DNA from: an archaeon
Lineage (GTDB): Archaea; Asgardarchaeota; Thorarchaeia; Thorarchaeales; Thorarchaeaceae
Assembly (NCBI GenBank): GCA_024275415.1
Contig: JAJRZD010000019.1
Coordinates: forward strand, 1-32,000
Length of the DNA: 32,000 bases
Reading direction: 5' to 3'
Position numbers and translations under genes: made by a program. Of the stretch, positions 16,220 through 24,380 are shown in pieces; within the stretch, counting starts at the first letter, position 1; each line of letters begins with the position of its first letter. Under the pieces are notes generated by a model. The model was not told where the DNA came from, did no database searches, and saw only the letters and a list, made by a program, of their open reading frames with translations.

Positions 16220-17430
16220 AGAAAATGGATCCTTTCAAGCTTCTGGTTTCTCAAGAGAAGGCGGAGGAATTGCTTTTGGAACACTGCCTTCCACTGAGTG
16301 ACACAGAACAAATTGCTATCAGTGCTGCGACCGGCCGTGTGTTGGCAAGTGACCTCAAAGCTGATCGTGATGTGCCACCTTTTGATAGAGCTGCCATGGA
16401 TGGGTATGCGGTCATTGCAGAGGACACTTTTGGTGCTCAGGACTCGGATGTACTCCTTACTCTGAAGGGCGTGATTCATGCTGGGGAGGTATCCGAATCG
16501 GAAGTGACTCGTGAAACATGTCTTCAAATAGCCACCGGCTCTCCCATGCCCGCGGGTGCAGATGCAGTCGTTATGGTAGAATATACAGAGGAACGAGGAG
16601 ATCAGATACTGGTCACACGGCCTGTTTACCCTGGTGCTAATGTTTCAAAGGCCGGTGAAGACATCAAGAAGAATGAGGTTGTGCTTCCTGCGGGGAGTTT
16701 TCTAACACCTGCAAGGATTGGAGCAGTTGCAGCTCTCGGTATGACCTCCATTGAGGTCTATAGGAAGCCCATGGTCGCTGTCATTCCTACAGGCAGGGAG
16801 GTTGCTCCCCTAGGTGAGCCTCTTAAGCCTGGACACATCTATGATGTGAACTCATATACCCTCGAGTCCGTCCTGACATCAAATGGTGCCGAAGTTACGC
16901 GGATGCCTGTTGTTACTGACGAGAAGGATGCACTGAAGCAAGCCATACAGCAAAGCCTAGGAACTGACCTTGTCGTTCTCTCGGGAGGAAGCTCTGTAGG
17001 CGAGAAGGATCTTCTGGCTGGGATTCTCGAAGAGATGGGCGAAGTCCTTTTCCATGGAGTCCAGATTAAACCTGGCAAACCAACGCTCTTTGGCATGGTA
17101 CAAGGCACTCCTGTTGTTGGGATGCCAGGATATCCCACCTCCTGTCTTAGTAATGCATACATCTTCCTGATTCCTGCGATTCGTAAGATGGGCAGACTCC
17201 CCCATCATTCAGGACACCATGTTTCTGCCAAGCTTGGGAAGAGAATTGTGTCATCATCTGGGAGAAAGCAGTTTCTTACGGTTCGGATTGAGAACGGTAT
17301 TGCTCACCCTGTGTACAAGCACTCAGGGGCGATAACCAGCATGGCCAAGGCTGACGGGTATATCATCCTCCCTGTGAACCTCGATGTCATCGAGGAAGGT
17401 GAAGAAGTACAAGTCACACTGTTCGAATGA
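16216..17430 (+). CDS. moeA: Molybdopterin metal insertase (gephyrin-like)
   Basis: VPPFDRAAMDGYAV, IATGSPMPAGADAVVMVE, SGGSSVG, IKPGKP, LPG-like MPGYP. Confidence 0.95.
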   Translation: MKKMDPFKLLVSQEKAEELLLEHCLPLSDTEQIAISAATGRVLASDLKADRDVPPFDRAAMDGYAVIAEDTFGAQDSDVLLTLKGVIHAGEVSESEVTRETCLQIATGSPMPAGADAVVMVEYTEERGDQILVTRPVYPGANVSKAGEDIKKNEVVLPAGSFLTPARIGAVAALGMTSIEVYRKPMVAVIPTGREVAPLGEPLKPGHIYDVNSYTLESVLTSNGAEVTRMPVVTDEKDALKQAIQQSLGTDLVVLSGGSSVGEKDLLAGILEEMGEVLFHGVQIKPGKPTLFGMVQGTPVVGMPGYPTSCLSNAYIFLIPAIRKMGRLPHHSGHHVSAKLGKRIVSSSGRKQFLTVRIENGIAHPVYKHSGAITSMAKADGYIILPVNLDVIEEGEEVQVTLFE

Positions 17431-17638
17431 CTCTTTTGTCTTAACATCAGTCAAGCCAATCTTTGTATCGAACTCTCGCGCTAGACAATTTTCGAACCAT
17501 GTGAAATGAAAACCGACGTGTCAGTACTGGTGTGTTGGAGATTCGAAGACAACAATCAAAGAGGAAACAACAGATATACGGTCCTTATTTTGTCTATAAA
17601 CGGAATTGTTTTTGTGCACCGAGGTGGTGAATTGTTTC

Positions 17639-18055
17639 ATGCCTCGACAAAAAAGACACCGGTTTGTTCACAGGGAGCCACCTATCTCGGTCTACAAGCC
17701 AGCTGGAATCCCGCTTAAAGAACTTGATGAAATACTAATAACATTGGATGAGTACGAGGCAATCCGACTGGCTGATTTCAAGGGGATGAATCAAAGAGAG
17801 GCATGCTCTGTTATGCACATCAGCCAGCCTACGTTCCACCGAATCCTTGCTTCTGCGCGTCACAAGATCGCCAAGGGTATTGTGGAGGGTCATGCACTTC
17901 GTATTGAGGGCGGGAGGTATATCCTTGCAGACGGCTCAGGTGGATTCCAATGTACCGGCTGTGGTACACGACTGGACATGCAGAAGGATGATGGGCGTCC
18001 ATGTCCCAACTGTGGTTCTAAGAGGATACGCTGGCAAAGATGGAATCGCCCTTAG
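17639..18055 (+). CDS. DUF134 (UPF0251) DNA-binding protein with a C-terminal CxxC..CxxC zinc ribbon
   Basis: MPRQKRHR, DEYEAIRL.D..GM.Q.EA...M.ISQPTFHRIL.SARHKIA; CTGC and CPNC; GAGGTG RBS. Confidence 0.9.
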   Translation: MPRQKRHRFVHREPPISVYKPAGIPLKELDEILITLDEYEAIRLADFKGMNQREACSVMHISQPTFHRILASARHKIAKGIVEGHALRIEGGRYILADGSGGFQCTGCGTRLDMQKDDGRPCPNCGSKRIRWQRWNRP

Positions 18056-18080
18056 ATTGTGAAGGATATCATGTTATTAT

Positions 18081-18956
18081 CTAGCTCCTTGAATAAACAG
18101 CCAACTTTTTGATCCTTATCCATATTCTCCTCAGCATCTGTGTGATTTCGTGATCGGGTGTAAACTCAGGTAAGGTCTTTCGCTGAACCATCGATTCAGT
18201 CATGATCCTATCAAATGGTATCCTCCCGAGAACTTCTATGCCGTTCTCTCTACAGTACTTCACGATTTCATCTGTGTTCTTTGGATTGATGTCAAATTTG
18301 TTGATGATCACGGTTGAAAGGATATGGAACTGCTTCATGAGCCCCAGCACCCTCTTCATATCATGGATTCCTGATAGAGTGGGTTCAGTTACCACAACCC
18401 CTACTTTCAATCCCGCAACTGTGGCGATGACTGGACATCCTATCCCCGGTGACCCATCGATCAGAATTATATCCCGATTCTCACTCTGAGCCATAATTTG
18501 GGCATGCCTCCTTACCTCAGTGACTAATTTTCCAGAGTTGCCCTGACCTGGTAGGAGTTTAGCGTGGGAAAGTGAACCATACCTAGTCTTCGATTGAAAC
18601 AAGTTCCCCGAAACGCGGTCATGCATGGATATTGCTTTCTCCGGACAGACAAACTCGCAGACCCCACACCCTTCGCATGCTATGGGATCAATCTCAGGAA
18701 CGCGTATTGCGTCAAAACGACAGGACTCCTCACACAACCCGCATTGAGTGCAGACATCCTTGTCGATGGTAGCAGTCTTCGAGCCAATGAATTCGCTTGT
18801 TTCTATTATCTCTGGCGTCAATAGGATATGAAGATCAGGGGCATCAACATCACAATCTGCAATGATGGCATCACCTGCAAAGGCAGCAAATGATGCTACA
18901 ATTGTTGTCTTACCCGTACCGCCTTTTCCACTAACAATAGCGATTTCACTGACCAT
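18081..18956 (-). CDS. MinD-superfamily P-loop ATPase with inserted 2x[4Fe-4S] ferredoxin (COG1149)
   Basis: SGKGGTGKTT, DCDVDAPD, CTQCGLC..SC, CEGCGVC..VC, DGSPGIGCPV. Confidence 0.9.
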   Translation of the reverse strand: MVSEIAIVSGKGGTGKTTIVASFAAFAGDAIIADCDVDAPDLHILLTPEIIETSEFIGSKTATIDKDVCTQCGLCEESCRFDAIRVPEIDPIACEGCGVCEFVCPEKAISMHDRVSGNLFQSKTRYGSLSHAKLLPGQGNSGKLVTEVRRHAQIMAQSENRDIILIDGSPGIGCPVIATVAGLKVGVVVTEPTLSGIHDMKRVLGLMKQFHILSTVIINKFDINPKNTDEIVKYCRENGIEVLGRIPFDRIMTESMVQRKTLPEFTPDHEITQMLRRIWIRIKKLAVYSRS

Positions 18957-19788
18957 TTGTTACTTCCCTCTTGATACGTTTCCATGTTTCTTGGAATTCT
19001 TTTCGGTATCTGGGCATCTCTTGGACGAACGGGATTCCGCGGGAGTATAGTTCTGCAATCTCCTTACTGAACGGGATCCTCATGAGGATGGGGATGCCTT
19101 TCTGCTCAAGAAACCCCACAGTTTCCTGATCTCCAATCCCATCTCTGTTAATAATAACCCCATGTGGTGTTCCAAGCTCGGCAATCACCTCAAGTGTCAT
19201 CGAAAGGTAGTGCAAGCCGAAAGGTGTGGGCTCAGTCACTAGGATTACATAGTCACACTCCTTTACAGTTTCTATCAGCGTACAGGAAGTACCTGGTGGT
19301 GCATCAAAGATTACTGACTCGTTATCATTCGCTTGAGCCTTAACGGCCTTGATTACTGGAACCGCCAATGGTTCTCCCACATTGAGGGATCCGTACGTGA
19401 GTTTTACCTCGTCAGTCGAACCCGAAACGATGGAGCCAATGGCCCGCTCCACCTCTGTAATTGCTTTCTGTGGGCAAGCCAGCATACATCCTCCACAGGA
19501 GTGACAAATCTCATCATATATCATGACTTTGGTCTTGCCCACAAAGATAGCATTGAACTGACAAAAGTCTACACATTTCCCGCAAAGTGTACACTCCCCC
19601 ATATTTACTCTAGGTGCCGGAACAGTAACTTCAGTCGTTACAGGTTCCTTCGGATGCAAAAGGGTATGTGCATTTGGCTCCTCAACATCGCAGTCAAACA
19701 GATGTGCATCATCCACTGATAATGCCAGATTCACGGCGACCGTTGTCTTGCCTGTACCTCCCTTTCCACTTGCCACTGCCACTCTCAA
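18946..19788 (-). CDS. Second COG1149 MinD-like ATPase with ferredoxin insert
   Basis: ASGKGGTGKTT, DCDVEEPN, CTLCGKC..FC, CHSCGGC..AC, DAPPGTSC, EPTPFG; likely TTG start at 19788. Confidence 0.9.
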   Translation of the reverse strand: MRVAVASGKGGTGKTTVAVNLALSVDDAHLFDCDVEEPNAHTLLHPKEPVTTEVTVPAPRVNMGECTLCGKCVDFCQFNAIFVGKTKVMIYDEICHSCGGCMLACPQKAITEVERAIGSIVSGSTDEVKLTYGSLNVGEPLAVPVIKAVKAQANDNESVIFDAPPGTSCTLIETVKECDYVILVTEPTPFGLHYLSMTLEVIAELGTPHGVIINRDGIGDQETVGFLEQKGIPILMRIPFSKEIAELYSRGIPFVQEMPRYRKEFQETWKRIKREVTNGQ

Positions 19789-19818
19789 ATCAGCCCTCTC
19801 CTCTACAAATGGCAAGTC

Positions 19819-20187
19819 CTACTTGTGATGTGCGTCGGCACAGCCCTCTGTAAGCTCGTCCAGTTCTCCTTTGTTATATGCATCAAGAGTTCGGTCAACG
19901 ACATTACTGTTTGCCCTGAGAACTGCTACATTCGCATCTTGGAAGCTCTGGATTCCGCGAGGACCCATCCCCCGGACGATGATTACATTCGGGTTCAAAC
20001 CCAGAATATTATCATGTGCATGTCCCCGTCCACCTCGGTGCGATCCAGTGTTAGACTGGATATTTGAGGAAATCACTTTTCCCGCTCCATCCAAATCAAA
20101 GACCGCAAAATAGGTCGCTCTTCCAAAATGTTCCGCAATGCTTTCCGCATCTGGACTGTCAGTAGGTATTATCACTCTGGGAGTCAT
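19819..20187 (-). CDS. NifB/NifX-family (COG1433) protein
   Basis: HFGRATYF, GMGPRG, His-rich loop and tail. Confidence 0.85.
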   Translation of the reverse strand: MTPRVIIPTDSPDAESIAEHFGRATYFAVFDLDGAGKVISSNIQSNTGSHRGGRGHAHDNILGLNPNVIIVRGMGPRGIQSFQDANVAVLRANSNVVDRTLDAYNKGELDELTEGCADAHHK

Positions 20188-20189
20188 TT

Positions 20190-20672
20190 CTAGTAAGCCC
20201 CTCGTCTACCTCTTCCTCTGCCCCATCCGCGTCCTCGCCCTCCTCTTCCATATCCTCCCCCGAAACCTCTTCCAGCACCTAGTCCTACCTCCATGGTTCC
20301 TCGTCCAACTCCTAGTCCTCTGTGGGAGGGACCGGGGGTCTCAATAGGCGTTAGAGTGCCTTTCTTATAGGCCTCGATTGCGTCGCGAATTGATGAGAAC
20401 ACCCCAGTCAGGACCTTTATTCCGCCATCTTGCAGAGCAGGAAGTGCATTTGGTCCGACGCTTCCGGTGATTACAGCCTCCACGCCGTGGGAAAGAACCG
20501 CCTGTGCGGCTCGTATTCCCGCCCCTCCTGATGCATTCATTCCCTCATTTGGTATGGCTTCGAAGTCCATTGTTTCAGGGTCGACTATTATGAAGTAATT
20601 ACACCGTCCAAATCTGGGATTCACTGGAGCATCCAGATTTGTCCCTGATGATGAAACGCATATTTTCGTCAT
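20190..20672 (-). CDS. NifB/NifX-family (COG1433) protein with a Gly/Arg-rich tail
   Basis: RFGRCNYF, GGAGIRAAQ, TGSVGPNA, tail GRGFGGGYGRGGRGRGWGRGRGRRG. Confidence 0.9.
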   Translation of the reverse strand: MTKICVSSSGTNLDAPVNPRFGRCNYFIIVDPETMDFEAIPNEGMNASGGAGIRAAQAVLSHGVEAVITGSVGPNALPALQDGGIKVLTGVFSSIRDAIEAYKKGTLTPIETPGPSHRGLGVGRGTMEVGLGAGRGFGGGYGRGGRGRGWGRGRGRRGAY

Positions 20673-20689
20673 TTCTTGCGCACCTCATT

Positions 20690-20728
20690 ATGAATATTAA
20701 TTCACTATCATAATGAATCATTATTCAT
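20690..20728. promoter_or_regulatory. Two tandem palindromes ATGAAT-N4-ATTCA(C/T) directly downstream of a minus-strand TATA (TTATAT, 20727-20732)
   Basis: 20690-20705 ATGAATATTAATTCAC and 20713-20728 ATGAATCATTATTCAT. Confidence 0.65.
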
Positions 20729-20846
20729 ATAAGGTTATCGAAGCCTCTCAGATCGTTTCTGAAGTTGGGCTGCTATAAGTATCACATGCGGATGATCCAT
20801 CCAATAAGTAGTCGTATATACTGCCCGTTTCCGGATCAAGCATTCC

Positions 20847-21206
20847 TTACTTTTCTTCGATCTCGTATCGTTTTGGTTCTGCAAAGAAGTCAATCACTCG
20901 GCAAAATGTTTTGAATTCTGCAGAATGTACAATACCTTCTGGGATGAAATACGAATCTCCCTTCTTGTAGAGATTGGTTTCGTCACCGATTGTAAGTAAC
21001 ATTTCTCCTTCAAGTACGACTCCATATTGTGCACCATGGCTATGTGGGGACACGATACCTATCGGTTCAATCTCAAAAAAACCGACCTGAGAAGTACCGC
21101 CTTGAACCATCCATGCCTTTACACCGTCAAATGGAATGATGGCCTCGGGCAGTCCTTTGATACAATTTGGATAAGGCTCGTTCGACATTTTGACATCACT
21201 GGACAT
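20847..21206 (-). CDS. Cupin-domain protein (start may be ATG 21188)
   Basis: PHSH.AQYG.VLEGEM...IG, GDSYFIP.G..HSA. Confidence 0.85.
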   Translation of the reverse strand: MSSDVKMSNEPYPNCIKGLPEAIIPFDGVKAWMVQGGTSQVGFFEIEPIGIVSPHSHGAQYGVVLEGEMLLTIGDETNLYKKGDSYFIPEGIVHSAEFKTFCRVIDFFAEPKRYEIEEK

Positions 21207-21311
21207 CTTCTGGTATGTCGAGGATTTGAGAGTTGTCTCATGAAAGACTGTCCTGCAAACACCAATCGAGCAAAAGACTCATGCATATGTGCCTCCTCTA
21301 ATATCTGCACT

Positions 21312-21992
21312 ATGAGTGAATACTACGCTTCAAAGCTTTCGTCTGAGAACCTCAAAAGATGCTATGCCATCGCCCCTCAACGAATTCAGAGGTATCTTAA
21401 GGCAGAAATCCAGCATGTCCTATCATATGTTCGACAGAACGCCACTGTCCTTGAGCTAGGATGTGGATACGGGCGTGTTCTTTCACGAATGACCGAGACG
21501 TGTTCTTCAGTTGTCGGGATTGACCTTTCTCGAAGCAGTCTGGTCATGGCAAACCATCTACTGGGTGACACCAAATCCATCTTATTGGCTCAGATGAATG
21601 CAGTCGATCTCAGCTTTGCCGACAATAGTTTTGACATCGTGTTCTGTATCCAGAACGGGATTTCGGCGTTCAAAGTGGAGCCATCCGATTTGATACTTGA
21701 AGCTTGCAGAGTCGCCAAGCCCAATGGCATCTGTCTGTTCTCAAGCTATAGCCCCAAAATCTGGCACTCAAGATTGGAATGGTTCATTCTTCAATCAGAA
21801 GCAGGTCTTATTGGCGAGATGGATTGGGATCTTACTGGGAATGGTATCATAGTATGCAAAGATGGATTCAAAGCAACCACATTCACCGAGCATGATTTTG
21901 TTGAGTTGCTGGATGGTCTTGGACTACAAGGCAATATCGTTGAGGTCGATAGTTCTAGCGTGTTCTGTGAGATTATTGTCAGAGGTTCTTAG
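21312..21992 (+). CDS. Class I SAM-dependent methyltransferase
   Basis: VLELGCGYGR, VVGIDLS, QMNAVDLSFADNSFD. Confidence 0.85.
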   Translation: MSEYYASKLSSENLKRCYAIAPQRIQRYLKAEIQHVLSYVRQNATVLELGCGYGRVLSRMTETCSSVVGIDLSRSSLVMANHLLGDTKSILLAQMNAVDLSFADNSFDIVFCIQNGISAFKVEPSDLILEACRVAKPNGICLFSSYSPKIWHSRLEWFILQSEAGLIGEMDWDLTGNGIIVCKDGFKATTFTEHDFVELLDGLGLQGNIVEVDSSSVFCEIIVRGS

Positions 21993-22033
21993 AACAACGC
22001 TCACCAATTCATGTCTTATACACACTCATGGTG

Positions 22034-22555
22034 TTAGCGGGCATCTCGCTTTCTGGTCAATGTGAAACTCCCCGCAATCTCAGAGTGTACGGGATTATTT
22101 AGAACCTCGACTATCTTGCCTCGTCTCATACCAACCGATATTCCAAAAAATATCAATAGACCATAAGGCGAGCCATCTGGAGCAGGAACCAGTGTCGCAC
22201 ACCAGCGTCGTTTTGTGATTGCCCTTGAAGTGGAGAACTCCCTAGCAATTCTGTCCTTGCCTGCGAGCCTCACAGTTAGCTTCTGATATAATCTGAGTGG
22301 GATGTGTTTTGAACCGTAGAATGCTCTGCGTATCAATCGATCTAGCGTTTCATAGTCGTGCTTCTTAGCCTTGTATTCCCGCACCACAAACTGTTCTTGG
22401 CGGTCAGGCTTTCCTGACATTACCAGATAATATCCTGGCGCTGGGAATTTCCTCACCTTGAATAATGATTCTAGTCTTTCGACAGTGAATCCTATTGGTG
22501 ACATTTCATGATTGCGGGCTTCCCTAACAGTGGAGTGAATTTGTTCTTCATTCAT
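22034..22555 (-). CDS. Uncharacterised basic protein, paralog 1 (possible PsbP/Mog1-like fold)
   Basis: About 55% identity to 22876-23403 by manual ungapped alignment; GAGGT RBS before ATG 22555. Confidence 0.8.
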   Translation of the reverse strand: MNEEQIHSTVREARNHEMSPIGFTVERLESLFKVRKFPAPGYYLVMSGKPDRQEQFVVREYKAKKHDYETLDRLIRRAFYGSKHIPLRLYQKLTVRLAGKDRIAREFSTSRAITKRRWCATLVPAPDGSPYGLLIFFGISVGMRRGKIVEVLNNPVHSEIAGSFTLTRKRDAR

Positions 22556-22875
22556 ATTTCTTACCTCGTCCTTCCTGATGACTATTGCCCTAATCCCTAG
22601 CAGAATTCGCTTGTGCATTGTGGGTTTCAAATGCAGATGCGAACATCCATTTCGACTTGGACCGGAACCGTCGCTACATATCGAAGTTCAATCTATGAGA
22701 AGCAGACTTCCTATTGCAAATCTATCGCTTATATGTAGACCGAGAGTGCTACATTCAGAGTACGTTTTCCTTAGTCATATTGATTAGAGAACCTACTGTT
22801 AAGAACGTTTCGAACCAGATGTTTTACTCGTGGTTTGTGCCATAATTGGCATACGTACTTGTGTGGCTGAGCTGG

Positions 22876-23403
22876 TTACTCAGCCGCACTCCCGTGTGAG
22901 AGTGCGAAGCTTCTGGCAATCGCAGAATGTACTGGGTTATCCAATACAGTAGTGTTCCTCTTTCCCTTTAGTCCGACATCTACACCGAAAACCACTAGCA
23001 GTCCATAAGGGGATTTGTCAGAGGCTGGCACCAATGCAGCACACCAACGACGTTTTGTTGCCGCTCTGGAAGTGGTAAACTCTCTGGCAATCCTATCCTT
23101 CCCAGCAAGTTTCACGGTTAGCCGCTTCCCAAAACGTAGTGGGATATGATTTGGCTCGGAAAATGCCTCCTGTATCAGACCATCAAGGGTTTCATAATCA
23201 TGTTTGTCTGTCCTGTAGCCCTTTACGATGAATTTCTCGTTGTCTTTGAATTTACTGGACAATGTCAAGTAGTATCCTGGTTCAGGGAATTTTCTGACTC
23301 TGCGAATGGTTCCTATTTGACCAAGTGAGAAACCGATAGGAGGCATACCATTCTTTACTGCTTCACTTATCGTAGAGTATATTCGTTCATGCTTCACTTG
23401 CAT
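22876..23403 (-). CDS. Uncharacterised basic protein, paralog 2
   Basis: Shares VRKFPxPGYYL, KHDYETLD, HIPLR, LAGKDRIAREFxTSRAxTKRRWCA and NPVHS with paralog 1; start is 23403 or GTG 23397. Confidence 0.8.
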   Translation of the reverse strand: MQVKHERIYSTISEAVKNGMPPIGFSLGQIGTIRRVRKFPEPGYYLTLSSKFKDNEKFIVKGYRTDKHDYETLDGLIQEAFSEPNHIPLRFGKRLTVKLAGKDRIAREFTTSRAATKRRWCAALVPASDKSPYGLLVVFGVDVGLKGKRNTTVLDNPVHSAIARSFALSHGSAAE

Positions 23404-23652
23404 CACCTCAGTTTCTCTTCTGTTTCGAAGGTGCCATTTCCCGATCACGGCACTTGTTCTTTTTCGTACTGTGTCTTGGGAGTTGAATCAAATCTTCTGG
23501 CACGACTTCTTGCCCTATCATCATTTCTTGGTTGAGCCATCAAACCCAACAAGAACTTGGCCAACATATCTTTGACCAACTGTATCAATGTGTGATATTA
23601 GTTCTAATTTCGGGTACATACTCTCATTTTTACAAATATGAGATTTTCGAAT

Positions 23653-23776
23653 ATGAATGCTCTGCAAAACAAATCACATTTTTTGGTATTGTATAAAGAT
23701 CAAGCTTTCATCTTTGTAAACGAAGCAACTAATCGTTGATATTACTTCTATGGATTAACGCGTTATTTCACCGAGC
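23653..23776. repeat. AT-rich dispersed repeat, copy 2 (see 108-220)
   Basis: Same orientation as copy 1, with a ~13-nt insertion near its 3' end. Confidence 0.75.
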
Positions 23777-23796
23777 AGAATATATACTAAGAAAAG

Positions 23797-23821
23797 AAGA
23801 GGCGGTGTAGTCCGCCTTTTC
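23797..23821. terminator. GC hairpin AGGCGG-TGTAGT-CCGCCT flanked by A-rich and T-rich runs
   Basis: 6-bp perfect stem in an intergenic region. Confidence 0.35.
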
Positions 23822-23960
23822 GTATGCACGTTTTTTCCATCGCGACTCTTACACTATCTATGACGACTGCCGCGGAAACTGCTACTTTAGATTCAGCCCA
23901 TAACACAGAACTCAAGTATTCTCATGACAGACTATATGTTTGAATGTGGGCGAATAACTG

Positions 23961-24278
23961 ATGAATAAGAGCAAATACGAGATTGCAATGCTGGTGAAAG
24001 AGCTCTTGGAACTAAGGCTTGAGGCTGAGCGAAGGCGAAAATGGGCCGAGAAACTTCGTTTTGGAGGCAGAGTCAAAGTTGTCAGGCACGATGCTGTGGA
24101 CATCGACCCTTCAGGTTTCAAGATTCTGTCCCAGACGACCCATCCGAACGGGGATATATTGATTGAATGGGAAGCAGTCGGTCATATCAAATCGAGTTTC
24201 GTTGTGAATAGATTGGATACTATTCGTAGATCCGGCACACTGCTGCTTAAGGCAAACGGTGATGCAGAACTGCTATGA
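23961..24278 (+). CDS. Hypothetical protein (105 aa)
   Basis: Plausible composition; fills an otherwise empty gap; no family recognised. Confidence 0.55.
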   Translation: MNKSKYEIAMLVKELLELRLEAERRRKWAEKLRFGGRVKVVRHDAVDIDPSGFKILSQTTHPNGDILIEWEAVGHIKSSFVVNRLDTIRRSGTLLLKANGDAELL

Positions 24279-24380
24279 TATCTGAATACAAGCAACTACA
24301 TCTTTTCTTTGGTACTATATGCATTTCTCTAACTGCCGATAGTAGATTCAACATAGCCTGTCAAATGATCAATGTACAAT

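Noticed and set aside
21027-21311. N-terminal extension of the methyltransferase ORF
   Set aside because: It overlaps the cupin gene antisense; methyltransferase-like sequence starts at ATG 21312.
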